Assembly: GCA_030645735.1 (NCBI GenBank)
Contig: JAUSNP010000003.1
Location: forward strand, 167,411 to 231,410
Source of the DNA: Candidatus Moraniibacteriota bacterium
GTDB taxonomy: Bacteria; Patescibacteriota; Minisyncoccia; Moranbacterales; UBA2206
DNA: 64,000 nucleotides
Direction of reading: 5' to 3'
The notes beneath the pieces were generated by a model, which was not told the origin of the DNA, made no database searches, and saw only the letters and a list, made by a program, of their open reading frames with translations. Shown piece after piece: positions 38,332 through 49,744 of this stretch. The position numbers and the translations under genes were made by a program. Position 1 is the first letter of the stretch. Every line of letters begins with the position of its first letter.

Positions 38332-41300
38332 ATGCTTAAAACGGACAAAGCACTAAAGGTAAAGGATTCTTTCGGCGCAGGGTCATCTCTGGCGAAAAGA
38401 AAATTCTTCAAGAAAATGTCAGTGGTTTCACTGCCAAACTTGATTGAAGCGCAACTAAATTCTTATGACTGGTTATTGGAGAAGGGCGTGAAAGAGCTTT
38501 TGTCTGAAGTGAATCCGATCGTGGATTTCACTGGCAAGGACTTGGAACTGTCTTTCGAAGACTATTATTTGGACGAACCGAAATATGATGAGGTGACTGC
38601 CAAGAACAAGAACATCTCATATGAGGCACCGATTCGTTGCAAAGTTAAATTGATTATCAAGAAAACCGGAGAGATTAAGGAACAAGAAATCTACTTGGGA
38701 GACTTCCCAATCATGACTGACCGTGGAACTTTCATCATCAATGGAGTTGAAAGAGTCGTGGTGAGTCAGTTGATTCGCAGCCCTGGTGTTTTCTTCACGA
38801 TGGACTACCAAAAAGGTCGTCGTTTGTTTGGTGCTAAAATTATCCCAAACCGAGGTGCTTGGTTGGAAATTGAAACTGATTTCGATGGTGTGATGTATGT
38901 AAAGATCGACAGAAAAAGAAAAGTTTCTTTGACATCTCTTCTTCGAGCTTTCGGATATGCAACTGATAAAGAATTGCATGACATGTTTACTGATGTAGAC
39001 AAGGGTGACATTAGCTATATCTCAGAATCAATCAGAAAAGATGCTGCTAAGGATCAAGCTGAAGGATATAAAGAAGTTTATAAGAGAATCAGACCAGGTG
39101 ATTTGGCGACGGCTGAAAATGCGCGACAAATGATTGACTCAATGTTCTTCAACTTTGAAAAGTATGACTTCGGTAGCGTGGGAAGATATCGCTTGAACCA
39201 AAGATTGGAAACTGACTTGCCAAACACTGAAGAAAATCGAGTGTTGCTTCGTGATGACTTGGTGGCAATCGTGAAAGAAATTATCAAATTGAACAATGAC
39301 CCATCAGCCCAAGCTGATGATATCGATCATCTTGGAAATAGACGAGTTCGAGGAGTTGGTGAGTTGGTACAAAACAAATTGCGTGTTGGTTTTGCTCGTA
39401 TGAGTCGAAACATCAAAGACCGTATGAGTACTTGCGACATTGAAACTGTGGTGCCGGGGCAACTTGTGAATTCTCGACCAATCGCTGCCGCGATCAAAGA
39501 ATTTTTTGCTAGTTCTCAGTTGTCACAATTCATGGACCAAGTAAATCCATTGGCTGAGTTGGAACATAAACGAAGACTTTCTGCGATGGGACCAGGTGGT
39601 TTGACTCGAGAACGTGCAGGCTTTGAAGTTCGCGATGTTCATCATTCACATTACGGCCGAATTTGTCCAGTAGAAACTCCAGAAGGTCCAAATATTGGTT
39701 TGGTTGGACATTTAGCAACTTATGCTAAGATCAATGAATATGGTTTCCTAGAAACTCCATACTTGAAAGTGTATACCGAAGTTGAAAATTCAGTGGAAAG
39801 ACTTTTGAATAGAATTTTGCGAGAAGACGTGGCTGGTGGAAAGATTGGAGATTTGATTGATGAAAAATTGGCGGCGGAAATTGCAAAAAACAAGCAACTC
39901 AAAACTGTGAAGATTTTGCCATGGGCTAGTCAAGAAATTGAATATGTGAATGCCACAGTTGAGGATCGCAAAAACATTGCGCACGCCAACATTACGATGG
40001 ACGCACATAACAATATTTTAGACAGAATGGTTGGCGCTCGTGTGAAGGGTCATGCGACAGAAATTGAAGCAGAAAAACTTGACCATATCGATGTGTCAGC
40101 TAAACAAATGATCTCTGTGGCTACATCACTCATTCCATTCTTGGAACATGATGATGCCAACCGTGCTTTGATGGGTTCAAATATGCAACGACAAGCTGTG
40201 TCTTGTGTGAAGCCACAAGCGCCATTGGTGGGAACTGGAATTGAAGACAAAGCGGCGGCTGATTCAGGACAAGTTGTGATTGCTAAACAAGCTGGAGAAG
40301 TTGTAGAGGTTGATGCAGAACACATCATTGTGAAAGAAGAAGCGCCGGTGGCTGCCAAGAAACCTTTCATCAAGAGAGAATATCGCTTGCAAAGCTTTGT
40401 GAAATCAAATGCTTTCACTTCTATGAATCAGGTGCCACGCGTAGAGAAAGGGCAAATAGTGAAGAAAGGCGAAATGCTAGCTGATGGTGCTTCAACTGAT
40501 CATGGTGAATTGGCACTTGGACAAAACATTGTGATTGCTTTCGTTCCATGGGAAGGATCAAACTATGAAGATGCGATCATCATTTCTGAAAAATTAGTTC
40601 AAGACGATAGATATAGCTCCATTCATATTGAGGATTTCTCAATTGATGTGCGAGACACAAAGCTGGGGCCCGAAGTGATCACTCGAGATATTCCAAATAT
40701 CGGTGAAGAAAGATTGAAGAATTTGGACGAAACTGGAATCATCAGAATTGGAGCAGAAGTTTCTTCTGGTGACATTCTATGTGGAAAGATTTCTCCAAAG
40801 GGTGAAGGTGACTTGACCTCAGAAGAAAGATTGTTGCGAGCCATCTTCGGAGAAAAATCTCGAGACGTGAAAGACAGCTCACTCTATTTGCCACATGGTG
40901 AATATGGAAAAGTTGTAGACATCACTATTTTCTCACGAGAACAAGGTGATAAGCTTCCAACTGGAGTTATTCAACAAATTCAAGTTTCAGTAGCCCAGTT
41001 GAAGAAAATCTCTGTTGGAGACAAGTTGGCTGGACGCCATGGAAACAAAGGTGTAATTTCCCGAGTGGCGCCAGTTGAAGATATGCCATATCTACCAGAT
41101 GGAACTCCAGTTGATATGATTTTGAATCCATTGGGTATCGCTTCTCGTATGAATATCGGACAGATCTTGGAAACCTCTCTAGGATGGGCTGCTTTGAAAC
41201 TTGGTTACAAAGTTGCAACTCCCGCCTTGGAAGGAATCACTGAAGAACAAATCCGTGGTGAATTGGAGAAAGCTGAATTGCCAGTAACTGGAAAAGTTAA

Positions 41301-41745
41301 ATTGGTGAACGGCCGAACCGGAGAAAAATTTGAAAACGAATCAACCGTGGGTGTTCAGTATATTATGAAACTGCATCATTTAGTTGATGACAAGATTCAT
41401 ATGCGTTCAATCGGACCATACTCCTTGATTACTCAACAACCATTGGGTGGAAAGGCACAGTTCGGTGGACAGAGATTTGGAGAAATGGAAGTGTGGGCGC
41501 TGGAAGGTTATGGCGCAGCTTACACTCTGCAAGAAATGCTAACCATCAAGTCAGATGATGTTATGGGTAGAAGCAAGGCTTACGAATCCATTATTAAAGG
41601 TGAAATGATAAAAAGTCCTAATCTTCCAACTTCTTTCAATGTATTGGTAAATGAATTGAAAGGTTTGGCTCTAAATGTAGAACTTATCGGAGTTAAGAAA
41701 GAGGAAGATGATGAAGAAGATGAAACTTACTCATCACGGGAATAG
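38332..41745 (+). CDS. rpoB: RNA polymerase beta subunit
   Basis: FIINGVERVVVSQL, ETPEGPNIGL, GDKLAGRHGNKG, GGQRFGEMEVWALE. Confidence 0.99.
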   Translation: MLKTDKALKVKDSFGAGSSLAKRKFFKKMSVVSLPNLIEAQLNSYDWLLEKGVKELLSEVNPIVDFTGKDLELSFEDYYLDEPKYDEVTAKNKNISYEAPIRCKVKLIIKKTGEIKEQEIYLGDFPIMTDRGTFIINGVERVVVSQLIRSPGVFFTMDYQKGRRLFGAKIIPNRGAWLEIETDFDGVMYVKIDRKRKVSLTSLLRAFGYATDKELHDMFTDVDKGDISYISESIRKDAAKDQAEGYKEVYKRIRPGDLATAENARQMIDSMFFNFEKYDFGSVGRYRLNQRLETDLPNTEENRVLLRDDLVAIVKEIIKLNNDPSAQADDIDHLGNRRVRGVGELVQNKLRVGFARMSRNIKDRMSTCDIETVVPGQLVNSRPIAAAIKEFFASSQLSQFMDQVNPLAELEHKRRLSAMGPGGLTRERAGFEVRDVHHSHYGRICPVETPEGPNIGLVGHLATYAKINEYGFLETPYLKVYTEVENSVERLLNRILREDVAGGKIGDLIDEKLAAEIAKNKQLKTVKILPWASQEIEYVNATVEDRKNIAHANITMDAHNNILDRMVGARVKGHATEIEAEKLDHIDVSAKQMISVATSLIPFLEHDDANRALMGSNMQRQAVSCVKPQAPLVGTGIEDKAAADSGQVVIAKQAGEVVEVDAEHIIVKEEAPVAAKKPFIKREYRLQSFVKSNAFTSMNQVPRVEKGQIVKKGEMLADGASTDHGELALGQNIVIAFVPWEGSNYEDAIIISEKLVQDDRYSSIHIEDFSIDVRDTKLGPEVITRDIPNIGEERLKNLDETGIIRIGAEVSSGDILCGKISPKGEGDLTSEERLLRAIFGEKSRDVKDSSLYLPHGEYGKVVDITIFSREQGDKLPTGVIQQIQVSVAQLKKISVGDKLAGRHGNKGVISRVAPVEDMPYLPDGTPVDMILNPLGIASRMNIGQILETSLGWAALKLGYKVATPALEGITEEQIRGELEKAELPVTGKVKLVNGRTGEKFENESTVGVQYIMKLHHLVDDKIHMRSIGPYSLITQQPLGGKAQFGGQRFGEMEVWALEGYGAAYTLQEMLTIKSDDVMGRSKAYESIIKGEMIKSPNLPTSFNVLVNELKGLALNVELIGVKKEEDDEEDETYSSRE

Positions 41746-41836
41746 TTTATAAATTTTAAAATACTTCTAATTTTATAAATAACATATTTAGTTTCCTGGG
41801 CGCTCCGGCGAATGCGAAACTAGAAATTCACAAATT

Positions 41837-44800
41837 ATGGATCCTATAACTAAAGTAAGTGACTTCAATAGCGTCAGACTCAAGCTGGCTGGACCAAATC
41901 AAATTTTGGAATGGTCTCATGGTGAGATCACCAAGCCAGAAACAATCAATTACCGAACCCAACGATATGAGAAAGATGGTCTTTTTTGTGAAAAGATTTT
42001 CGGACCATCTCGTGACTGGGAATGTTATTGTGGAAAGTATAAGAGAATCAGATATAAGGGCATCGTTTGCGACAAGTGCGGCGTGGAAGTTACTCGTTCC
42101 AGCGTGCGTCGTGACAGAATGGGACACATTCAGTTGTCTGTGCCAGTTTCTCACATTTGGTTTTTGCGAGGTGTGCCTTCTAAGATTGGTTTGGCTTTGG
42201 GCATGAGTCCACAAGAGTTGGAGAAAGTTATCTATTTCTCAAACTACATAATTCTCAGCGTGGATGATTCTGCTCGAGAAAAAGCTTTGGCCCAATTGGA
42301 ACAAGAATTCAAGACTAAGCAAAAAGAAATTGCTAAGTTGGAAGGCAATGCCAAAGAAAACAAAACTGAAGAATTGAAAGGCATTTACCGAACTGCGAAA
42401 GAAGAATTGAAAGGTTTGCAAAGATTTCAAATCATTACTGAAGTGGAATATTTCAATCTTTCAACTCGTTATGGTCAGGTTTTTTCAGCTGGAATTGGAG
42501 CCGAAGCTATTCGCAGGATTCTAGAGAATCTTGATATGAAAGCGGAAATCGAATTGTTGAAAAAAGATTTGGCTAACGAAGAAATCATTGATAAGAAAAA
42601 AATTCTGAAAAGAATTAAATTGTTCCAAGGATTTATCAATGCTGAGCTAAGATTGGAGTGGATGTTGCCGACCGTGATCCCAGTGATCCCACCAGACTTG
42701 CGACCAATGGTTGCTCTTGATGGAGGACGCTTTGCAACTTCTGATTTGAACGATCTATATCGTCGCATCATCAACCGAAACAATCGTTTGCGAAAATTGA
42801 TTGAAATTGGTGCGCCAGAAGTGATCACCCGAAACGAAAAGAGAATGTTGCAAGAGGCAGTCGATGCTTTGTTTGACAACAGTGCTCGTCGCGGACAAGT
42901 TAGTGTGACGGCTTCAACTGGACAACGAAGAGCATTGCGTTCTTTGGCTGACACATTGAAGGGAAAGCAAGGTCGTTTCCGACAGAACTTGCTGGGAAAA
43001 CGTGTAGATTATTCAGGACGATCAGTAATTGTGGTTGGACCAAAATTGAAACTACATCAATGTGGATTGCCAAAGAAAATGGCTTTGGAACTTTTCAAAC
43101 CATTTATCATCAACAAGTTGATTGAAAGAGAATTGGCCTACAACGTGCGAAGCGCTGGCAAGATGGTAGAAAGTGAAACTGAAGAAGCTTATGAAATTTT
43201 GGACGAAATCATTTCACATCACTATGTAATGCTAAACCGCGCTCCGACCTTGCATAGACTTTCAATCCAGGCTTTCCAACCAGTATTGATCGAAGGTAAG
43301 GCTATCCAATTGCATCCAATGGTTTGTTCAGCTTTCAACGCAGATTTTGATGGTGACCAGATGGCGGTGCATGTTCCATTGACTGACAAAGCTCGATGGG
43401 AAAGTGAAAACTTGATGCTTTCAAAGAGAAATCTTTTGAAACCAGCTTCTGGTGAACCGATCATCTCTCCAACTTTGGATATGGTTTTGGGTTGTTACTA
43501 CCTAACTCATATTTTGAAGGGTGCCAATGGTGAAGGAAAGATTTTCTCAAATTTTGACGAAGCTGTTATGGCCTATGAATTGGGTGCAGTGGATGTGCGA
43601 GCTGAAGTGAAAGTTCAACACGAGGGTGTGGTGCTGACAACTTCAGTTGGACGAGTCAAGTTGAATGAAATCATCCCCTCTGGTATTGAATATCTCAACT
43701 ACGAAATGACCAAGAAAGAATTGAAACTTTTGGTAGCCAAAGTCTTGGAAGTTTGTGGTGCTGAGGAAACTGCCTTGTTTGCTGATAAAATCAAAGACCT
43801 TGGTTTTGCAGCGGTGACTAAGGCTGGACTTTCTTGGGGAATGGCCGACCTAAATGTTCCTGCCGAAAAGAAAGATATCATGAATGATGCAGAAACGAAA
43901 GTTGGTGTGATCAAACAACAATTCAACATGGGACTTTTGACAGAAGGTGAAAGAAAAAGTCAGGTTATTGAAATTTGGAACAATGCAAAGAACAAAATTA
44001 CTGACGCAGTGCGCGCCGGTTTGGACAAAGAAGGTCCAGTTTATTCCATGGTTTATTCCAAAGCTCGAGGTTCTGAATCAGTTGTGGTTCAGATGGCTGG
44101 TATGAAAGGTTTGATGGCAGGCCCTACTGGAGAAACCATCGAATTGCCGATTAAGAGTTGTTTCAAGGAAGGTTTGAATGTATTGGAATATTTCATTTCT
44201 ACTCATGGAGCTAGAAAAGGTATGGCCGATACTGCTCTTCGAACAGCGACTGCCGGTTACTTAACTCGAAGATTGGTTGACGTTTCACAGGATATCATTG
44301 TGCGTGAAGAAGATTGTAAAGATAAGGATGGTTCATATCTATATAAATCTGATTCAGACCGCATTGGACAAAGCTTTGCAACTCGCGTGATTGGACGCGT
44401 GGCTATGGACAACATTGCCCACCCAATCTCTGGCGAAGTTATTGTTGGCAAGGGAGAATTGATTAGCAAAGAACAAGGTGAAGCGATTGAAAAGGCCAAT
44501 CTTGATAAAATAAAAATCCGCTCTATTGTTTCTTGTAAAACTCCACGTGGAGTGTGTCAGAAATGTTATGGATTGGATCTTGGACGCGGTCACTTGGTAC
44601 AAAAGGGACAAGCGGTTGGAATCGTAGCGGCGCAAGCCATTGGTGAGCCAGGAACACAGTTGACTATGCGTACCTTCCATATTGGAGGTGTGGCGGGAAC
44701 TGACATCACTCAAGGTTTGCCTCGTGTGGAAGAAATTTTTGAAGCTCGACCTCCGAAAGGTGAATCAGTTATTTCTGAAGTTGATGGAAAAGTTGTGGAA

Positions 44801-45412
44801 GTTTCCGCTGGAGACAAAACAACCACTGTCAAAATCGAAATGGCAGGCAAAACTGCGACTGTCAAAGAATATGAAATTCCAATGGGAAGCACAGTCAAAG
44901 TGGCGCAAGGTGATTTGGTTGGCAAAGGCTCAAAACTTTCTGAAGGAAACATTGATCTCAAAAAGCTTTACAAAATCATGGGATGGGAAGCAGTACATAG
45001 ATATATCGTACAAGAAATTCAAGAAATCTATGCTTCTCAAGGTGAAGGAATCAATGACAAGCATATCGAAGTTATCATCAAGCAGATGTTTAGTCGATTG
45101 CAAATCACTGAGTCTGGAGCTACAACCTTGATGGGTGGCGATATCATTGAAAAAGAACAATTCAGAGAAGCCAATGAAAAAGCCAAAGCTGATGGTGGAG
45201 AGCTGGCAACTGGAGAAGAATTGTTGATGGGAATCACGAAAGTGGCTCTTTCAACTGAAAGTTTCCTATCCGCTGCTTCTTTCCAAGAAACCGCTCGAGT
45301 GCTCATCAACGCTGCTGTTGAAGGCAAGGTTGATCACTTGAGAGGACTCAAAGAAAACGTAATCATCGGAAAATTGATTCCAGCTGGAACTGGATATCGA
45401 TCAGATAAGTAA
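41837..45412 (+). CDS. rpoC: RNA polymerase beta' subunit
   Basis: NADFDGDQM catalytic motif, zinc ribbon, GEPGTQLTMRTFH. Confidence 0.99.
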   Translation: MDPITKVSDFNSVRLKLAGPNQILEWSHGEITKPETINYRTQRYEKDGLFCEKIFGPSRDWECYCGKYKRIRYKGIVCDKCGVEVTRSSVRRDRMGHIQLSVPVSHIWFLRGVPSKIGLALGMSPQELEKVIYFSNYIILSVDDSAREKALAQLEQEFKTKQKEIAKLEGNAKENKTEELKGIYRTAKEELKGLQRFQIITEVEYFNLSTRYGQVFSAGIGAEAIRRILENLDMKAEIELLKKDLANEEIIDKKKILKRIKLFQGFINAELRLEWMLPTVIPVIPPDLRPMVALDGGRFATSDLNDLYRRIINRNNRLRKLIEIGAPEVITRNEKRMLQEAVDALFDNSARRGQVSVTASTGQRRALRSLADTLKGKQGRFRQNLLGKRVDYSGRSVIVVGPKLKLHQCGLPKKMALELFKPFIINKLIERELAYNVRSAGKMVESETEEAYEILDEIISHHYVMLNRAPTLHRLSIQAFQPVLIEGKAIQLHPMVCSAFNADFDGDQMAVHVPLTDKARWESENLMLSKRNLLKPASGEPIISPTLDMVLGCYYLTHILKGANGEGKIFSNFDEAVMAYELGAVDVRAEVKVQHEGVVLTTSVGRVKLNEIIPSGIEYLNYEMTKKELKLLVAKVLEVCGAEETALFADKIKDLGFAAVTKAGLSWGMADLNVPAEKKDIMNDAETKVGVIKQQFNMGLLTEGERKSQVIEIWNNAKNKITDAVRAGLDKEGPVYSMVYSKARGSESVVVQMAGMKGLMAGPTGETIELPIKSCFKEGLNVLEYFISTHGARKGMADTALRTATAGYLTRRLVDVSQDIIVREEDCKDKDGSYLYKSDSDRIGQSFATRVIGRVAMDNIAHPISGEVIVGKGELISKEQGEAIEKANLDKIKIRSIVSCKTPRGVCQKCYGLDLGRGHLVQKGQAVGIVAAQAIGEPGTQLTMRTFHIGGVAGTDITQGLPRVEEIFEARPPKGESVISEVDGKVVEVSAGDKTTTVKIEMAGKTATVKEYEIPMGSTVKVAQGDLVGKGSKLSEGNIDLKKLYKIMGWEAVHRYIVQEIQEIYASQGEGINDKHIEVIIKQMFSRLQITESGATTLMGGDIIEKEQFREANEKAKADGGELATGEELLMGITKVALSTESFLSAASFQETARVLINAAVEGKVDHLRGLKENVIIGKLIPAGTGYRSDK

Positions 45413-45444
45413 AGACGCAAGATATTGCGTCTCTACGAAAAAAG

Positions 45445-45474
45445 AAAAACCGCTCAGGAATGGGCGGTTTTTTT
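45445..45474 (+). terminator. rpoBC intrinsic terminator
   Basis: AAAACCGCTCA-GGAA-TGGGCGGTTTTTTT. Confidence 0.75.
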
Positions 45475-45592
45475 GTTGGAAAATTGACATGAAATATATT
45501 GGTGGTATTATATCATCGAATGTGTGTGCATATGAAACAATGGTAGAGACGGATTGCAATCCGTCTCTACAGGCAAAATAAAAATCACAACC

Positions 45593-46171
45593 ATGTCTAA
45601 CAAATACAAAAGCCAATATAAAATCGAATCATCGCGATTGGCTGGATATGATTATTCCCAGAATGGAATGTATTTCGTGACGATTTGTACAAAAGGTCGG
45701 GAAGAATTTTTTGGTAGGATAGAGGAGGGGGAAATGGTGTTGTCGGGGATTGGGGAAATTGCCAATCAATTTTGGCAGGAAATTCCGAAACATTTTCCAA
45801 AGGTTATTTTAGATGAATATGTAATAATGCCAAATCATTTACATGGGATTGTGGAAATTAACAACGATAGATTGAATGTGGATGCCCGTAGAGACGAGGC
45901 AATGCCTCGTCTCTACACCGGCCAACACCTCGAGATGTCTGAAATATCACCAAAACCAGGTTCATTATCGGTTATTCTGGGATCATTTAAATCAATTGTT
46001 TCAAAAACCACTAGAAAACAATTAAATCCTGTCACCTTCGCCTGGCAACCTCGTTTCTACGACCACATCATCCGCAACGACGTTTCTCTCAACAAAATCC
46101 GTGAATATATTCAGACCAATCCGGCGATGTGGGAACGGGATCGGAATAATGTCGAAAATTTGTGGATGTAG
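45593..46171 (+). mobile_element. REP-associated tyrosine transposase (RAYT, HUH Y1 family)
   Basis: RLAGYDYS..GMYFVTICT, MPNHLHGI (HUH), WQPRFYDHIIRN...YIQTNP; flanked by REPs. Confidence 0.9.
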
Positions 46172-46298
46172 GCGTTTGCCAGGTAGAGACGCCCCGCCGG
46201 GGCGTCTCTACCTCCCCTAGCTCATAATGGCTGGTTTTCGGTTTAGCTAGATTTGTGTTAAAATAAAGTAAATAAACAATCTTCTAATATCTTTTAAT

Positions 46299-48635
46299 AT
46301 GGGGCGAAAAAAGAAAGTTGATAAGTTGGCAGAGGAGCTGGAGCAGGAGAAAAGCAATTTTGAATTTGATATTGCGGGCGATGCTAAGCGGAGTGTGGCG
46401 GCCGTGTTTTTGTTCGCTTTGGCAGTGGTGATTCTGTTGGGCTTTTTTGGCAAGGCTGGTGTGGTGGGACAATCTTTGGATAGCGCGACTGGTTTGACGA
46501 CGGGCTGGGCCAAATGGATTTTCCCAGTCTTTTTAGTGATGGGTGGCATCGTGTTGCTTTTGCGCAAAGAGACAGCTTTCTATGTGACCAAGATTATTGG
46601 TTTAATCTTGACCTTTGTTAGTTTGACAGGATTTTTTCATTGGTTTTTTGATGTGAAAAAAATGGCTGAAGTGGCTGGGGCTGGTTCGGGCGGAGGTTAT
46701 GTCGGCTATGGCGTAGCCTATTTTGCGACAACATTTTTTGGAGTGGCCGGAGGCATGGTGATGATTATGGCGTTGTTTTTGATTGGCATCATCGTAGCTT
46801 TCAATTTTTCTATTTTTCATTTCATCCAAAAATTATTTACAAAATCTGAAGTTGCGTCAGAGGTTGAGTTTGTTGAAGAAAATGAAGATGAATCAGAAGA
46901 GGATGAAATCATCGGCAGTGAGATGGAGGAAGTTGTGGAAACCAAACAAGAAAAGAAAAGCAAAGAAGATGAAAATATTGGCAAGATTGAATTTGTGGAA
47001 GGACCAGATCGCTTTGTAGATGAAAAACTTTTTGACAAATTGTCTGATGGAGTGGCCAAGGTGAAAAAATCTTTGACGCGCAAGAAAAAAGAAGATGCAG
47101 ATGATGATTGGCAATTGCCCCCAATGGATTTGTTGGAAAAAAATTCCAGTGTAGCCAAGGGCGGAGACATCGAGAAGAATGCGGAAATCATTGAAAAAAC
47201 TTTGCATCAATTTGGTATTGAAGTTGAACGAGGCGCCATTCAAACTGGGCCATCGGTGACTCAGTTCAGTTTCCGTCCAGCGGTGGGTGTGAAAATTTCT
47301 AGGATTCTAGCCTTGCAAGACGACCTGGCTTTGGCCTTGGCCAAGCATCCAATTAGAATCGAAGCGCCGATTCCTGGCAAGTCTTTGATTGGGATTGAAG
47401 TGCCCAACAAAGATTCAGCCATTGTGCGCATGCGAAATGTTTTGGAGAGCGAACAATTTGTGAATAGAAAAAACAATCTGATGATTGCTTTGGGCGAAGA
47501 TGTGAGTGGCCAATATATTTTTGGCGACCTAGCTAAGATGCCGCATCTTTTGGTGGCTGGTGCAACTGGAACTGGAAAATCAGTTGGAATCAATTCCATC
47601 ATCACGGCATTGCTGTATCAAAATTCACCCAAAGATTTGAAGATGATTATGGTAGATCCAAAGCGCGTGGAATTGTCATTGTATAATGGCATTCCGCACT
47701 TGTTGAGTGAAGTGATTGTGGAAAATGGCAAAGTTATCAATGCTTTGAAATGGGCGGTGGGAGAAATGGAACGACGTTATCGTCAATTGCAAGACACGGG
47801 TTCCCGCGACATTGTTTCATATAATGAAAAAGCGGTTAGTGAAAAAACTCGAAAAATAACTGACCCAGAAACTGGTGAAGTTTTTGAACAGGAGATGGAC
47901 AAATTGCCATATATTGTGATTGTGATTGATGAGTTGGCAGATTTGATGGGAACACATGGCAAGGAAGTGGAAGGCGCTATCATCCGTTTGGCGCAAATGG
48001 CGCGAGCCGTGGGTATTCATTTGATTTTGAGCACGCAAAAACCAATCGTGACCGTCATCACTAGTTTGATCAAATCAAACATCTCAACCCGCATTGCTTT
48101 CCGCGTGCCGTCGCTGATGGACTCACGTACAATTTTGGATGCCAGTGGGGCGGAAAAACTTTTGGGCAATGGTGATATGTTGTATTTGTCAGCCAATTCT
48201 CCAAAACCAAAACGTATTCAAGGCGTCTTCATTAGTGAAGCGGAGGTGAAGAAGATTGTGAAATTTGTGAAGGATCAAAAAATAGAAACAGCTGAGCAAG
48301 AGATTGGCGAAGACATTACAAAAATTGCAATGCATGGTGAAACAAATTTGGATTTCAAAAATTCAGATGACAATAATGGCGCGCAAGATGATGATTTATA
48401 TGAAGCGGCCAAATCAGAAGTGGAAAAAGCTGGCAAAGCTTCAGCCTCACTTTTGCAACGCAGATTGCGCGTGGGTTATGCACGAGCCGCCAGGTTGCTT
48501 GATATTCTAGAAGACAAGGGAATCGTTGGGCCATCTGACGGCGCCAAACCGCGCGAAGTCTACACCGCTGAAAACAAACCGCAATATGATGATGTGATGA
48601 CGGATCAGGGCGAGAGAGATAAATGGCAGATTTAA
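46299..48635 (+). CDS. ftsK: DNA translocase FtsK/SpoIIIE
   Basis: 4 TM, MPHLLVAGATGTGKS, IDELADLM, LLQRRLRVGYARAAR gamma domain. Confidence 0.97.
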   Translation: MGRKKKVDKLAEELEQEKSNFEFDIAGDAKRSVAAVFLFALAVVILLGFFGKAGVVGQSLDSATGLTTGWAKWIFPVFLVMGGIVLLLRKETAFYVTKIIGLILTFVSLTGFFHWFFDVKKMAEVAGAGSGGGYVGYGVAYFATTFFGVAGGMVMIMALFLIGIIVAFNFSIFHFIQKLFTKSEVASEVEFVEENEDESEEDEIIGSEMEEVVETKQEKKSKEDENIGKIEFVEGPDRFVDEKLFDKLSDGVAKVKKSLTRKKKEDADDDWQLPPMDLLEKNSSVAKGGDIEKNAEIIEKTLHQFGIEVERGAIQTGPSVTQFSFRPAVGVKISRILALQDDLALALAKHPIRIEAPIPGKSLIGIEVPNKDSAIVRMRNVLESEQFVNRKNNLMIALGEDVSGQYIFGDLAKMPHLLVAGATGTGKSVGINSIITALLYQNSPKDLKMIMVDPKRVELSLYNGIPHLLSEVIVENGKVINALKWAVGEMERRYRQLQDTGSRDIVSYNEKAVSEKTRKITDPETGEVFEQEMDKLPYIVIVIDELADLMGTHGKEVEGAIIRLAQMARAVGIHLILSTQKPIVTVITSLIKSNISTRIAFRVPSLMDSRTILDASGAEKLLGNGDMLYLSANSPKPKRIQGVFISEAEVKKIVKFVKDQKIETAEQEIGEDITKIAMHGETNLDFKNSDDNNGAQDDDLYEAAKSEVEKAGKASASLLQRRLRVGYARAARLLDILEDKGIVGPSDGAKPREVYTAENKPQYDDVMTDQGERDKWQI

Positions 48636-48751
48636 AAAAGTCTAAAGTCTAAAGTTTAAAGACTAAACAAAGTTAAAAGTCTAAAGTCTAAATTTGTGAA
48701 TTTCAAATCACAACTTAGTCTTTAGTAATTAGTCTTTAGACTTTAATATGT

Positions 48752-49744
48752 ATGGTAGGTTTCACTAAAAAAAGTGTGCGCACATTGACGCTGGGGGAGA
48801 AACTCAGCAATCTTCGCAGTGAAAGAAGAATCAGTTTGAATGAGGTTTCACGCAGTACCAAGATTCAATTGAAATATTTGGAATATCTGGAAGCTGGGGA
48901 TTATAAAAAATTGCCAGTGGATGTGTATGTCAAAGGCTTTTTGCGTAGTTATGCCGAATTCCTCGGTGTGGATGAAAACATTCTGATTAGACTCTATGAA
49001 AAAGAAAAAGGCATCAAGAAAAATTTGGAAAAAGCCAATGGCGACACTGACAGTAAAAAAGAGGCTATTAATATGTCACCATTTTTGATTACACCTAAAA
49101 TCATTGCGGTGGTTTTTGGAATTCTGTTTGCTTTCGGACCATTGATTTATTTATATCGAGAAATTGGCGCTTTTGCTAACACGCCTAAGTTAGTTATTTT
49201 GAGTCCAGTGCAAAATGAAATTGAAAATAGCAACTCAGTTTTGGTCACAGGTGTTTCTGACAAAGATGCTAGAATTTTTATCAATGACCAACCAATTTTG
49301 ATTTCAGACGAAGGCCGGTTTAGCGAGAGCTTGGCCTTGCAAGCTGGTACAAATTCAATTTCAGTGAAAGCTGTGAATCGCTTTGACAAAGAAACTATTG
49401 AGAATATTATTGTGCAATCTAATTATGAAGAAAAGGAGCAGAACACAACCAATGAAGAAATTAGCAATGATGTATCAGGAGCGAAACAAGATAAAATCAG
49501 CATGGAGCTGAGTGTCAATCCTGGTCCAGTTTGGGTGAGTGTGGAAGCGGATGGTAATTTAGTTTTCAGTGGTACCATGCTTATGGGCGCCATTCAATCT
49601 TTCTCAGCTTCCGAAAAAATTAGTATTAGTGCAGACAAAGCTAATGCAACCCTAGTTAAATTCAATGGCAAGGATATCGGCGCATTAGGCACGAAGCCTG
49701 AAGCTATCAAGAATGTTATTTTTACTAAGGACACTTCATATTAA
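48752..49744 (+). CDS. RodZ-like HTH membrane protein (DUF4115) with Ig-like insert
   Basis: TLGEKL...YVKGFLRSYAEFLG, TM, VWVSVEADG. Confidence 0.8.
   Translation: MVGFTKKSVRTLTLGEKLSNLRSERRISLNEVSRSTKIQLKYLEYLEAGDYKKLPVDVYVKGFLRSYAEFLGVDENILIRLYEKEKGIKKNLEKANGDTDSKKEAINMSPFLITPKIIAVVFGILFAFGPLIYLYREIGAFANTPKLVILSPVQNEIENSNSVLVTGVSDKDARIFINDQPILISDEGRFSESLALQAGTNSISVKAVNRFDKETIENIIVQSNYEEKEQNTTNEEISNDVSGAKQDKISMELSVNPGPVWVSVEADGNLVFSGTMLMGAIQSFSASEKISISADKANATLVKFNGKDIGALGTKPEAIKNVIFTKDTSY

Larger units (their letters stand above)
45409..46211. repeat. Four GTAG-type REP palindromes (45409-45436, 45543-45570, 45888-45916, 46183-46211)
   Basis: GTA(G/A)AGACG-hairpin-CGTCTCTAC, each with a different self-complementary core. 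Confidence 0.9.

Noticed and set aside
38617-45327. Numerous antisense and alternate-frame ORFs within rpoB/rpoC and other core genes
   Set aside because: Shadow ORFs from codon bias, with no motifs.
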